A stretch of 64,000 nt of DNA from the human T2T-CHM13v2.0 reference genome, Homo sapiens. Positions within the stretch are counted from its first letter, which is position 1; every line of letters begins with the position of its first letter. A program made the position numbers and the translations under genes. This document shows positions 42,401 to 58,151 of this stretch, one piece after another. The DNA is taken from assembly GCF_009914755.1 (NCBI RefSeq), contig NC_060933.1. One strand, given 5' to 3'. The notes below the pieces were generated by a model. That model was not told the DNA's origin, searched no databases, and was given only the letters and a program-made list of their open reading frames with translations.

Positions 42401-45400
42401 ACGGATGATTCCATTCCATTGCATTCCATTCCATTCCATTCCCCTGTACTCGGGTTGATTCCATTCCATTGCATTCCAATGCATGCCCTTCCACTCGTGT
42501 TGATTCCATTCTTTCCATTCCATTCAAGTTGAATCCATTCCATTGCATTCCATTCCATTCGATTACATTCGATTGCACTCGGGTTGATTCCATTCCATTG
42601 CATTCCATTCCATTCCATTCCATTCCATTCCATTACATTCCGTTCCATTCCATTCCATTACATTCGGATTGATTCTGTTCAATTCCCTTACACTCCATTA
42701 CATTCCATTCCATTCAGGTAGTTTCCATTCCATTCCATTCCATTCCTCTATATTCCATTGCACTCGGGTTGATTCCATTCCATTGCATTCAATTCCATTC
42801 CATTCAGTTCCATTCCGTTCCATTCCATTCCATTGCATTCGGATTGATTCTATTCAACTCCCTTACTCTCCATTACATTCCATTCCATTCGGGTTGTTCC
42901 ATTCCATTCCATTCCATTCCACTCCATTCCATTGCACTCGGGTTTATTCCATTCCATTCCATTCCATTCCATTCCATTCCGGAAGATTCCATTCCATTGC
43001 ATTCCATTCCATTCCATTCCCCTGCACTCGCGTTGATTCCATTCCATTCCATTCCATTCCATTCCATTCCATTCCATTCCTTTCCGTTCCATTCCATTCC
43101 ATTCCATTCCATTCCATTCCATTCCATTCCGTTCCATTCCATTCCATTCCATTCTTTTCGGGTTAATTCCATTCCATTCCATTCCATTCCATTCCATTCC
43201 ATTCCAATCGAGTTGATTCCATTCCATTCCATTCCATTCTATTCCACTCCATTCCAGTCCTTTCCATTCCATTACACTCGGGTTGATACCATTCTATTCC
43301 TTTCCATTCCATTCCATTCCATTGCAATCGAGTTGATTCCATTGCTTTGCATTCCATTCCATTCCATTCCATTCCGGATGATTCCATTCCATTGCATTCC
43401 ATTCCATTCCATTCCCCTGCACTCGGGTTGATTCCATTCCATTCCACTCCACTCCGTTCCATTCCATTCCATTCCTTTCCATTCCATTCCATTCCATTAC
43501 AATCGAGTTGATTCCATTCCATTCCATTCCATTCCATTCCATTCCATTCCAGTCCTTTCCATTCCATTCCACTCGGGTTGATTCAATTCTATTAGTTTCC
43601 ATTCCATTCCATTCCCTTCCATTCCACTCTGGTTGATTCCATTCTTTTCCATTCCACTCGAATACATTCCCTCCTATTCCACTCGGAACGATTCCATTCC
43701 ATGCCATTCCATTCCATTCCATTCCATTCCATTCCATTCCAGTTCGTTCCATTCCATTCTATTCCGTACCATTCCATTCCATTCCTTTCCATTCCATTCC
43801 TTTCCACTCGTGTTGATTCCATTCCTTTCCATTCCATTCGGTTTGAAGTCATTCCATTCCATTCCATTCCATTCCATTCCATTCCATTCCATTCTATTCC
43901 ATTCCATTGCAATCGAGTTAATCCATTGCCTTTCATTCCATTCCATTCCATTCCATTCCATTCCATTGTACTCGGGTTGATTAGATTCCATTGCATTCCA
44001 TTCCATTCCATTCCATTCCATTGCATTCCATTCCATTACATTCGGATTGATTCTATTCAACTCCCTTACTCTCCATTACATTCCATTCCATTCGGGTTGT
44101 TCCATTCCATTACATTCCATTCCACTCCATTCCATTGCACTCGGGATGATTCCATTCCATTCCATTCCATTCCATTCCATTCCATTCCGGATGATTCCAT
44201 TCCATTGCATTCCGTTCCATTACATTCCCCTGCACTCGCGTTGATTCCATTCCATTCCATTCCATTCCATTCCATTCCATTCCATTCCATTACAATTCGT
44301 TCCATTCCATTCTATTCCGTACCATTCCATTGCATTCCATACCACTCCATTCCATTTGATTCCATTCCATTCCGTTCCATTCCATTCCATTCCGTTCCAT
44401 TCCATTCCATTCCATTCTATTCGGGTTAATTCCATTTCATTCCATTCCATTCCATTCTATTCCATTCCATTGCAATCGATTTGAATCCATTGCATTTCAT
44501 TCCATTCCATTCCATTCCATTCCATTCCGCAAGATTCCATTCCATTGCATTCCATTCCATTCCATTCCCCTGCACTCGCGTTGATTCCATTCTATTCCAT
44601 TCCATTCCATTCCATTCCATTCCATTCCGTTCCATTCCGTTCCGTTCCGTTCCATTCCATTCCATTCCATTCCATTCCGTTCCGTTCCGTTCCATTCCAT
44701 TCCATTCCATTCTATTCGGGTTAATTCCATTCCATTCCATTCGATTGCAATCGTGTTGACTCCATTCCATTCCATTCCATTCCATTCCATTCCATTCCTT
44801 TCCATTCCATTACGGATGATTCCATTCCATTGCATTCCATTCCATTCCATTCCATTCCGGAAGATTCCATTCCACTGCATTCCATTCCATTCCATTCCCC
44901 TGCACTCGCGTTGATTCCATTCCATTCCATTCCATTCCTTTCCGTTCCATTCCATTCCATTCCATTCCATTCCATTCCATTCCGTTCCGTTCCATTCCAT
45001 TCCATTCCATTCCATTCCATTCCATTCGGGTTAATTCCATTCCATTCCATTCGATTGCAATCGAGTTGATTCCATTCCATTCCATTCCATTCCATTCCAT
45101 TCCATTCCATTCGTTTCCATTCCATTACGGATGATTCCATTACATTGCATTCCATTCCATTCCATTCCCCTGTACTCGGGTTCATTCCATTCCATTCCAT
45201 TCCAATCCATGCCATTCCACTCCTGTTGATTCCATTCTTTCCATTCCATTCAAGTTGAATCCATTCCATTGCACTCCATTCCATTCCATTCCCCTGCAGT
45301 CGGGTTGATTCCATTCCATTCCATTCCATTCCATTCCATTCCGTTCCGTTCCGTTCCGTTCCATTCCATTCCTTTCCATTCTATTCGGGTTAATTCCATT

Positions 45401-48400
45401 CCATTCCATTCCATTCCATTCCATTCCACTCCATTCCAGTCCTTTCCATTCCATTCCACTCGGGTTGATTCCAATGTATTCCTTTCCATTCCATTCCATT
45501 CCATTGCAATCGAGTTGATTCCATTGCTTTGCATTCCATTCCATTCCATTCCATTCCGGATGATTCCATTCCATTGCATTCCATTCCATTCCATTCCCCT
45601 GCACTCGGGTTGATTCCATTCCATTCCACTCCATTCCGTTCCATTCCATTCCATTCCATTGTATTCGGGTTAATTCCATTCCATTCCATTCCATTCCGTT
45701 ACAATCGAGTTGATTCCATTCCATTCCATTCCATTCCAGTCCTTTCCATTCCATTCCTCTCGGGTTGATTCCATTCTATTAGTTTCCATTCCATTCCATT
45801 CCCTTCCATTCCACTCTGGTTGATTCCATTCCTTTCCATTCCACTCGAATACATTCTCTCCTATTCCACTCGGAACCATTCCATTCCATTCCATTCCATT
45901 CCATTTCGTTCCATTCCATTCTATTCAGTATCATTCCATTCCATTCCATTCCATTCCATTCCATTCCATTCCATTCCATTCCATTCCATTGTACTCGCGT
46001 TGATTCAATTCCATTGCATTCCATTCCATTCCATTCCATTCCATTCCGTTGCATTCCATTCCATTACATTCGGATTGATTCTATTCAACTCCCTTACTCT
46101 CCATTACATTCAATTCCATTCGGGTTGTTCCATTCCATTCCATTCCATTCCACTCCATTCCACTGCACTCGGGTTGATTCCATTCCATTCCATTACATTC
46201 CATTCCATTCCGGATGATTCCATTCCATTGCATTCCGTTCCATTCCATTCCCCTGCACTCGCGTTGATTCCATTCCATTCCATTCCATTCCATTCAATTC
46301 CATTCCATTACAATTCGTTCCATTCCGTTCTATTCCGTACCATTCCATTCCATTCCATACCATTCCATTCCATTCCATTCCATTCCATTCCGTTCCATTC
46401 CGTTCCATTCCATTCCATTCCATTCTATTCAAATTAATTCCATTCCATTCCATTCCATTCCATTCCATTCCATTCCATTCTATTCCATTCCATTGCAATC
46501 GAGTTGAATCCATTGCATTTCATTCCATTCCATTCCATTCCATTCCATTCCGGAAGATTCCATTCCATTGCATTCCATTCCATTCCATTCCACTCCATTC
46601 CATTGCACTCGGGTTGATTCCATTCCATTCCATTCCATTTCATTCCATTCCGTTCCTTCCCATTCCGGATGATTCCATTCCATTGCATTCCGTTCCATTA
46701 CATTACCCTGCACTCGGGTTGATTCCATTCCATTCCATTCCATTCCATTCGATTCCATTCCATTCCAATTCTTCCCATTCCATTCTATTCCGTACCATTC
46801 CATTCCATTCTATACAATTCCATTCCATTCCATTCCACTCCGTTCCGTTGCGTTCCGTTCCGTTCCGTTCCGTTCCATTCCATTCCATTCTATTCGGTTT
46901 AATTCCATTCCATTCCATTCCATTCCATTCTATTCCATTCCATTGCAATCGAGTTGAATCCATTGCATTCCATTCCATTCCATTCCATTCCATTCCATTC
47001 CATTCCATTCCATTCCATTCCGGAAGATTCCATTCCATTGCATTCCATTCCATTGCATTCCATTCCATTCCATTCCATTCCATTCCATTCCATTCCATTC
47101 CATTCCATTGTACTCGGGTTGATTCCATTCCATTGCATTCCATTCCATTCCATTCCATTCCATTCCCTTCCATTCCATTCCATTACATTCGGATTGATTC
47201 TTTTCAACTCCCTTACTCTCCATTACATTCCATTCCATTCGGGTTGTTCCATTCCATTCCATTCCATTCCATTCCATTCCATTGCACTCGGGTTGATTCC
47301 ATTCCATTCCATTCCATTACATTCCGGATGATTCCATTCCATTGCATTCCGTTCCATTACATTCCCCTGCACTCGGGTTGATTTCATTCCATTCCATTCC
47401 ATTCCATTCCATTCGATTCCATTCCATTCCCCTGCAATCGCGTAGATTCCATTCCATTCCATTCCATTCCATTCCATTCCATTCCAATCCTTTCCATTCC
47501 ATTCCACTCGGGTTGATTCCATTCTATTAGTTTCCATTCCATTCCATTCCCTTCCATTCCACTCTGGTTGATTCCATTCCTTTCCATTCCACTCGAATAC
47601 ATTCCCTCCTTTCCACTCGGAACGATTCCATTCCATTCCATTCCATTCCGTTCCATTCCGTTCCATTCCATACCATTCCATTCTATTCGGATTAATTCCA
47701 TTCCACTACATTCCATTCCATTCTATTCCATTCCATTGCAGTAGAGTTGAATCCATTGCATTTCTTTCCATTCCAATCCATTCCATTCCATTCCGGAAGA
47801 TTCCATTCCATTGCATTCCATTCCATTCCATTCCCCTTCACTCGCGTTGATTCCATTCCATTCCATTCCATTCCATTCCATTCCATTCCATTCCTTTCCA
47901 TTCCATTCCATTCCATTCTATTCGGGTTAATTCCATTCCATTCCATTCGATTGCAATCTAGTTGATTCCATTCCATTCCGTTCCATTCCATTCCTTTCCA
48001 TTCCATTACGGATGATTCCATTCCATTGCATTCCATTCCATTCCATTCCCCTGTACTCGGGTTGATTCCATTCCATTCCATTCCAATCCATGCCATTCCA
48101 CTCGTGTTGATTCCATTCTTTCCATTCCATTCAAGTTGAATCCATTCCATTGCATTCCATTCCATTCGATTCCATTCGATTGCACTCGGGTTGATTCCAT
48201 TCCATTGCATTCCATTCCATTCCATTCAATTCCTTTCCGTTCCATTCCATTCCATTACATTCAGATTGATTCTGTTCAACTCCCTTACTCTCCATTACAT
48301 TCCATTCCATTCGGGTTGTTCCATTCCATTCCATTCCATTCCACTCCATTCCATTGCACTCGGGTTTATTCCATTCCATTCCATTCCATTCCATTCAATT

Positions 48401-51400
48401 CCATTCCATTACAATTCGTTCCATTCCATTCTATTCCGTTCCATTCCATTCGATTCCATACCATTCCATTCCTTTCCATTCCTTTCCATTCCGTTCCATT
48501 CCATACCATTCCATTCTATTCGGATTAAATCCATTCCATTCCATTCCATTCCATTCTATTCCATTCCATTGCAATCGAGTTGAATCCATTGCATTTCATT
48601 CCATTCCAATCCATTCCATTCCATTCCGGAAGATTCCATTCCATTGCATTCCATTCCATTCCATTCCCCTGCACTCGCGTTGATTCCATTCCATTTCATT
48701 CCATTCCATTCCATTCCATTCCGTTCCGTTCCATTCCAATCCATTCCATTCCATTCCGTTCCGTTCCATTCCATTCCATTCCATTCTATTCAGGTTAATT
48801 CCATTCCATTCCATTCGATTGCAATCGAGTTGATTCCATTCCATTCCATTCCATTCCATTCCATTCCATTGCTTTCCATTCCATTACGGATGATTCCATT
48901 CCATTGCATTCCATTCCATTCCATTCCCCTGTACTCGGGTTGATTCCATTCCATTCCATTCCAATCCATGCCATTCCACTCGTGTTGATTCCATTGTTTC
49001 CATTCCATTCAAGTTGAATCCATTCCATTGCATTCCATTCCATTCGATTCCATTCGATTGCCCTCGGGTTGATTCCATTCCATTGCATTCCATTCCATTC
49101 CATTCCATTCCATTCCATTCCATTCCGTTCCATTCCATTTCATTACATTCAGATTGATACTATTCAATTCCCTTACACTCCATTATATTCCAATCCATTG
49201 TGGTTGTTTCCATTCCATTCCATTCCATTTCACTCCATTCCATTGCACTCGGGTTGATTCCATTCCATTCCATTCCATTGCATTCCATTCCATTCCATTC
49301 CGGATGATTCCATTCCATTGCATTCCATTCCATTCCATTACATTCCGTTCCATTCCATTCCATTCCATTCGGATTGATTCTATTCAATTCCCTTACATTC
49401 CATTACATTCCATTCCATTCGGGTAGTTTCCATTCATTCCATTCCATTCCTCTCCATTCTATTGCACTCGGGTTGATTCCATTCCATTCCATTCCATTCC
49501 ATTCCATTACATTACATTACATTACATTCCGTTCCATTGTACTCGGGTTGATTCCATTCCATTGCATTCCATTCCATTCCATTCCATTCCATTCCATTCC
49601 ATTCCGTTCCATTCCATTACATTCGGATTTATTCTATTCAACTCCCTTACTCTCCATTGCATTCCATTCCATTCGGGTTGTTCCATTCCATTCCATTCCA
49701 TTCCACTCCATTCCATTGCACTCGGGTTGATTCCATTCCATTCCATTCCATTCCATTCCATTCCGGATGATTCCATTTCATTGCATTCCGTTCCATTACA
49801 TGCCCCTGCTCTCGCGTTGATTCCATTCCATTCCATTCCATTCTATTCAATTCCATTCCATTACAATTCGTTCCATTCCATTCTATTCCGTACCATTCCA
49901 TTCCATTCCCCTGCACTCAGGTTGATTCCATTCCATTCCATTCCACTCCATTCGGTTCCGTTCCATTCCATTCTATTGCATTCCATTCTATTCGGGTTAA
50001 TTCCATTCCATTCTATTCCATTCTATTCCATTCCATTCCATTGCAATGGAGTTGATTCCATTCCATTCCATTCCATTCCGGATGATTCCATTCCATTGCA
50101 TTCCATTCCATTCCATTCCCCTGCAGTCGCGTTGATTCCATTCCATTCCATTCCATTCCATTCGATTGCATTCCATTCCCCTGCACTCGCGTTGATTCCA
50201 TTCCATTCCATTCCATTCCATTCCATTCCAGTCCTTTCCATTCCATTCCACTCGGGTTGATTCCATTCTATTAGTTTACATTCCATTCCATTCCCTTCCA
50301 TTCCACTCTGGTTGATTCCATTCCTTTCCATTCCACTCGAATACATTCCCTCCTTTCCACTCGGAACGATTGCATTCCATTCCATTCCATTCCATTCCAT
50401 TCCATTTCGTTCCATTCCATTCTATTCCGTATCATTCCATTCCATTCCATTCCATTCCATTCCATTCCATTCCATTCCATTCCACTCGGGTTGATTCCAT
50501 TCCATTGCATTCCATTCCATTCCATTCCATTCCATTCCGTTACATTCCATTCCATTACATTCGGATTGATTCTTTTTAACTCCCTTACTCTAAATTACAT
50601 TCCATTCCATTCGGGTTGTTCCATTCCATTCCATTCCATTCCACTCCATTCCCCTGCACTCGCGTTGATTCCATTCCATTCCATTCCATTCCATTCCATT
50701 CCGTTCCGTTCCATTCCATTCCATTACATTCCATTCCATTCCGTTCCGTTCCGTTCCATTCCATTCCATTCCATTCTATTCGGGTTAATTCCATTCCATT
50801 CCATTCGATTGCAATCGAGTTGATTCCATTCCATTCCATTCCATTCCATTCCATTCCATTACGGATGATTCCATTCCATTGCATTCCATTCCATTCCATT
50901 CCGCTGTACTCGGGTTGATTCCATTCCATTCCATTCGAATCCATGCCATTCCACTCGTGTTGATTCCATTCTTTCCATTCCATTCAATTTGAATCCATTC
51001 CATTGCATTCCATTCCATTCGATTCCATTCGATTGCACTCGGGTTGATTCCATTCCATTGCATTCCATTCCATTCCATTCCATTCCATTCCATTCCATTC
51101 CGTTCCATTCCATTCCATTACATTCGGATTGATTCTATTCAATTCCCTTACACTCCATTAAATTCCATTCCATTCGGGTAGTTTCCATTCCATTCCATTC
51201 CATTCCTCACCGTTCCATTGTACTCGGGATGATTCCATTCCATTGCATTCCATTCCATTCCATTCAATTCCTTTCCGTTCCATTCCATTCCATTACTTTC
51301 AGATTGATTCTGTTCAACTCCCTTACTCTCCATTACATTCCATTCCATTCGGGTTGTTCCATTCCATTCCATTCCATTCCACTCCATTCCATTGGAATCG

Positions 51401-54400
51401 GGTTTATTCCATTCCATTCCATTCCATTCCATTCCATTCCATTACAATTCGTTCCATTCCATTCTATTCCGTACCATTCCATTCGATTCCATACCATTCC
51501 ATTCCATTCCATTCCATTCCATTCCGTTCCATTCCGTTCCATTCCATACCATTCCATTCTATTCGGATTAATTCCATTCCATTCCATTCCATTCCACTCT
51601 ATTCCATTCCATTGCAATCGAGTTGAATCCATTGCATTTCATTCCATTCCAATCCATTCCATTCCATTCCGGAAGATTCCATTCCATTGCATTCCATTCC
51701 ATTCCATTCCCCTGCACTCGCGTTGATTCCATTCCATTCCATTCCATTCCATTCCATTCCGTTCCGTTCCATTCCATTCCATTCCATTCCATTCCGTTCC
51801 GTTCCATTCCATTCCATTCCATTCTATTCGGGTTAATTCCATTCCATTCCATTCGATTGCAATCGAGTTGATTCCATTCCATTCCATTCCATTCCATTCC
51901 ATCCCATTCCATTCCATTCCTTTCCATTCCATTACGGATGATTCCATTCCATTGCATTCCATTCCATTCCATTCCCCTGTACTCGGGTTGATTCCATTCC
52001 ATTCCATTCCAATCCATGCCATTCCACTCGTGTTGATTCCATTCTTTCCATTCCATTCAAGTTGAATCCATCCCATTGCATTCCATTCCATTCGATTCCA
52101 TTCGATTGCACTCGGGTTGATTCCATTCCATTGCATTCCATTCCATTCCATTCCATTCCATTCCATTCCATTCCATTCCGTTCCATTCCATTTCATTAGA
52201 TTCAGATTGATACTATTCAATTCCCTTACACTCCATTATATTCCAATCCATTCTGGTTGTTTCCATTCCATTCCATTCCATTTCACTCCATTCCATTGCA
52301 CTCGGGTTGATTCCATTCCATTCCATTCCATTGCATTCCATTCCATTCCATTCCGGATGATTCCATTCCATTGCATTCCATTCCATTCCATTCCCCTGCA
52401 CTCGGGTTGATTCCATTCCATTCCATTCCATTCCATTCCATTCCATTCCATTCCATTACATTACATTCCGTTCCATTGTACTCGGGTTGATCTCATTCCA
52501 TTGCATTGAATTCCATTCCATTCCATTCCATTCCGTTCCATTCCATTACATTCGGATTGATTCTATTCAACTCCCTTACTCTCCATTACATTCCATTCCA
52601 TTCGGGTTGTTCCATTCCATTCCATTCCATTCCACTCCATTCCATTGCACTCGGGTTGATTCCATTCCATTCCATTCCATTCCATTCCGGATGATTCCAT
52701 TCGATTGCATTCCGTTCCATTACATTCCCCTGCACTCGCGTTAATTCCATTCCATTCCATTCCATTCCATTCCATTCCGTTCCATTCCGTTCCATTCCAT
52801 TCCATTCCATTCTATTCGGGTTAATTCCATTCCATTCCATTCCATTCCATTCTATTCCATTCCATTGCACTCGGGTTGATTGCATTCCATTGCATTCCAT
52901 TCCATTCCATTCCATTCCATTCCATTCCATTCCATTCCATTCCATTCTATTCCATTCCATTGTACTCTGGTTGATTCCATTCCATTGCATTCCATTCCAT
53001 ACCATTCAATTCCATTCCGTTCCATTCCATTCCATTACATTCGGATTGATTCTATTCAACTCCCTTACTCTCCATTTCATTCCATTCCATTCGGGTTGTT
53101 CCATTCCATTCCATTCTATTCCACTCCATTCCACTGCACTCGGGTTGATTCCATTCCATTCCATTCCATTCCATTCCGGAAGATTCCATTCCATTGCATT
53201 CCATTCCATTCCATTCCCGTGCACTCGCGTTGATTCCATTCCATTCCATTCCATTCCATTCCATTCCTTTCCGTTCCATTCCATTCCATTCCATTCCATT
53301 CCATTCCATTCCGTTCCGTTCCGTTCCATTCGATTCCATTCCATTCTATTCGGGTTAATTCCATTCCATTCCATTGGATTGCAATCGAGTTGATTCCATT
53401 CCATTCCATTCCATTCCATTCCATTCCATTCCATTCCTTTCCATTCCATTCCGGATGATTCCATTCCATTGCATTCCGTTCCATTACCTTCCCCTGCACT
53501 CGGGTTGATTCCATTCCATTCCATTCCATTCCATTCCATTCGATTCCATTCCATTCCATTCCATTCCATTCCATTGCATTCCTTTCCGTTCCATTCCATT
53601 CCATTCCATTCCATTCCATTCCATTCCATTCCGTTCCGTTCCGTTCCATTTGATTCCATTCCATTCTATTCGGGTTAATTCCATTCCATTCCATTGGATT
53701 GCAATCGAGTTGATTCCATTCCATTCCATTCCATTCCATTCCATTCCATTCCATTCCATTCCTTTCCATTCCATTACGGATGATTCCATTCCATTGCATT
53801 GCATTCCATTCCATTCCCCTCTACTCGTGTTGATTCCATTCCATTCCATTCCAATCCATGCCATTCCACTCGTGTTGATTCCATTCTTTCCATTCCATTC
53901 AAGTTGAATCCATTCCATTGCATTCCATTCCATTTGATTCCATTCGATTGCACTCGGGTTGATTCCATTCCATTTCATTCCATTCCATTGCATTCGATTC
54001 CATTCCATTCCATTCCGTTCCATTCCATTTCATTACATTCAGATTGATTCTATTCAATTCCCTTACACTCCATTATATTCCAATCCATTCTGGTTGTTTC
54101 CATTCCATTCCATTCCATTTCACTCCATTCCATTGCACTCGGGTTGATTCCATTCCATTCCATTCCATTGCATTCCATTCCATTCCATTGCGGATGATTC
54201 GATTCCATTGCATTCCATTCCATTCCATTCCCCTGCACTCGGGTTGATTCCATTCCATTCCATTCCATTACATTCCGTTCCATTCCATTCCATTCCATTC
54301 GGACTGATTCTATTCAATTCCCTTACACTCCATTACATTCCATTCCATTTGGGTGGTTTCCATTCCATTCCATTCCATTCCTCTCCATTCCATTGCACTC

Positions 54401-57400
54401 GGGTTGATTCCATTCCATTCCATTCCATTCCATTCCATTCCATTCCATTGCACTCCATTCCATTGCACTCTGGTTGATTCCATTCCATTCCATTCCATTC
54501 CATTCCGGATGACTCCATTCCATTGCATTCCGTTCCATTACCTTCCCCTGCACTCGGGTTGATTCCATTCCATTCCATTCCATTCCATTCCATTCCATTC
54601 GATTCCATTCCATTCCAATTCTTTCCATTCCATTCTATTCCGTACCATTCCATTCCATTCCATACAATTCCATTCCATTCCATTCCATTCCATTCCATTC
54701 CGTTCCGTTCCGTTCCGTTCCATTCCATTCCATTCCATTCTATTCGGGTTAATTACATTTCATTCCATTCCATTCCATTCTATTCCATTCCATTGCAATC
54801 GAGTTGAATCCATTGCATTCCATTCCATTACATTCCGTTCCATTCCATTCCATTCCATTCGGACTGATTCTATTCAATTCCCTTACACTCCATTACATTC
54901 CATTCCATTTGGGTAGTTTCCATTCCATTCCATTCCATTCCTCTCCATTCCATTGCACTCGGTTTGATTCCATTCCATTCCATTCCATTCCATTCCATTC
55001 CATTCCATTGCACTCCATTCCATTGCACTCGGGTTGATTCCATTCCATTCCATTCCATTCCATTCCGGATGACTCCATTCCATTGCATTCCGTTCCATTA
55101 CCTTCCCCTGCACTCGGGTTGATTCCATTCCATTCCATTCCATTCCATTCCATTCCATTCGATTCCATTCCATTCCAATTCTTTCCATTCCATTCTATTC
55201 CGTACCATTCCATTCCATTCCATACAATTCCATTCCATTCCATTCCATTCCATTCCATTCCGTTCCGTTCCGTTCCGTTCCATTCCATTCCATTCCATTC
55301 TATTCGGGTTAATTCCATTTCATTCCATTCCATTCCATTCTATTCCATTCCATTGCAATCGAGTTGAATCCATTGCATTCCATTCCATTCCATTCCATTC
55401 CATTCCATTCCATTCCATTCCGGAAGATTCCATTCCATTGCATTCCATTCCATTCCATTCCCCTGGACTCGCGTTTATTCCTTTCAATTCCATTCGATTC
55501 CATTCCATTCCATTCCGTTCCGTTCCATTCCATTCCATTCCATTCCATTCCGTTCCGTTCCTTTCCATTCCATTCCATTCCATTCTATTCGGGTTAATTC
55601 CATTCCATTCCATTCGATTGCAATCAAGTTGATTCCATTCCATTCCATTCCATTCCATTCCATTCCATTCCATTCCTTTCAATTACATTACGGATGATTC
55701 CATTCCATTGCATTCCATTCCATTCCATTCCCCTGTACTCGGGTTGATTCCATTCCATTCCATTCCAATCCATGCCATTCCACTCGTGTTGATTCCATTC
55801 TTTCCATTCCATTCAAGTTGAATCCATTCCATTGCATTCCATTCCATTCCATTCCATTCGATTGCACTCGGGTTGATTCCATTCCATTGCATTCCATTCC
55901 ATTCCATTCCATTGCATTCCATTCCATTCCATTCCATTCCATTCCGTTCCATTCCATTCCATTACATTCGGATTGATTCTATTCAATTACCTTACATTCC
56001 ATTACATTCCATTCCATTCGGGTTGTTCCATTCCATTACATTCCATTCCACTCCATTCCATTGCACTCGGGTTGATTCCATTCCATTCCATTCCATTCCA
56101 TTCCGGATGATTCCATTCCATTGCATTCCGTTCCATTACATTCCCCTGCACTCGGATTGATTCCATTCCATTCCATTCCATTCCATTCGATTCCATTCCA
56201 TTCCCCTGCACTCGCGTTGATTCCATTCCATTCCATTCCATTCCATTCCATTCCATTCCATTCCATTCCATTCCTTTCCATTGCATTGCTTTCCGTTCCA
56301 TTCCATTCCATTCCATTCATTTCCGTTCCGTTTAATTCCATTCCATTCCATTCTATTCGGGTTAATTCCATTCCATTCCATTCGATTGCAATCGAGTTGA
56401 TTCCATTCCATTCTATTCCATTCCATTCCTTTCCATTGAATTACGGATGATTCCATTCCATTGCATTCCATTCTATTCCATTCTCCTCTACTCGGGTTGA
56501 TTCCATTCCATTCCATTCCAATCCATGCCATTCCACTCGTGTTGATTCCATTCTTTCCATTCCATTCAAGTTTAATCCATTCCATTGCATTGCATTCCAT
56601 TCGATTGCACTCGGGTTGATTCCATTCCATTGCATTCCATTCCATTCCATTCCATTCCATTACTTTCCATTCCATTTCATTACATTCAGATTGATTCCAT
56701 TCAAATCCCTTACACTCCAATATATTCCAATCCATTCTGGTTGTTTCCATTCCATTCCATTCCGTTTCACTCCATTCCATTGCACTCGGGTTGATTCCAT
56801 TCCATTCCATTCCATTCCATTCCGGATGATTCCATTCCATTGCATTCCATTCCATTCCATTCCCCTGCACTCGGGTTGATTCCATTCCATTTCATTACAT
56901 TATATTCCGTTCCATTCCATTCCATTAAATTCGGATTATTCTATTCAATTCCCTTACACTTTATTACATTCGATTCCATTCGGGTAGTTTCCATTCCATT
57001 CCATTCCATTCCTCTCTATTCCATTGCACTCGGGTTGATTCCATTCCATTCCATTCCATTCCATTCCAATCCATTCCATTCCATTCCATTCCATCGCACT
57101 CGGGTTGATTCCATTACATTTCATTCCATTCCATTCCATTCCATTCCGTTCCATTCCATTCCATTACATTCGGATTGATTCTATTCAACTCCCTTACTCT
57201 CCATTACATTCCATTCCATTCGGGTTGTTCCATTCCATTCCATTCCATTCCACTCCATTCCATTGCACTCGGGTTGATTCCATTCCATTCCATTCCATTC
57301 CATTCCATTCCATTCCGGAAGATTCCATTCCATTGCATTCCATTCCATTCCATTCCCGTGCACTCGCGTTGATTCCATTCCATTCCATTCCGTTCCATTC

Positions 57401-58151
57401 CATTCCTTTCCGTTCCATTCCATTCCATTCCATTCCATTCCATTCCATTCCATTCCGTTCCGTTCCGTTCCATTCGATTCCATTCCATTCTATTCGGGTT
57501 AATTCCATTCCATTCCATTGGATTGCAATCGAGTTGATTCCATTCCATTCCATTCCATTCCATTCCATTCCATTCCATTCCTTTCCATTCCATTCCGGAT
57601 GATTCCATTCCATTGCATTCCGTTCCATTACCTTCCCCTGCACTCGGGTTGATTCCATTCCATTCCATTCCATTCCATTCCATTCGATTCCATTCCATTC
57701 CATTCCATTCCATTCCATTGCATTCCTTTCCGTTCCATTCCATTCCATTCCATTCCATTCCATTCCATTCCATTCCGTTCCGTTCCATTCCATTTGATTC
57801 CATTCCATTCTATTCGGGTTAATTCCATTCCATTCCATTGGATTGCAATCGAGTTGATTCCATTCCATTCCATTCCATTCCATTCCATTCCATTCCTTTC
57901 CATTCCATTACGGATGATTCCATTCCATTGCATTGCATTCCATTCCATTCCCCTCTACTCGTGTTGATTCCATTCCATTCCATTCCAATCCATGCCATTC
58001 CACTCGTGTTGATTCCATTCTTTCCATTCCATTCAAGTTGAATCCATTCCATTGCATTCCATTCCATTTGATTCCATTCGATTGCACTCGGGTTGATTCC
58101 ATTCCATTTCATTCCATTCCATTGCATTCGATTCCATTCCATTCCATTCCG
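36429..58151 (+). repeat. 21.7-kb tandem duplication, copy 2 (21,723 bp)
   Basis: Colinear with 14756-36428. I found 9 substitutions, five single-pentamer indels and one 45-bp indel between the copies. Confidence 0.95.
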
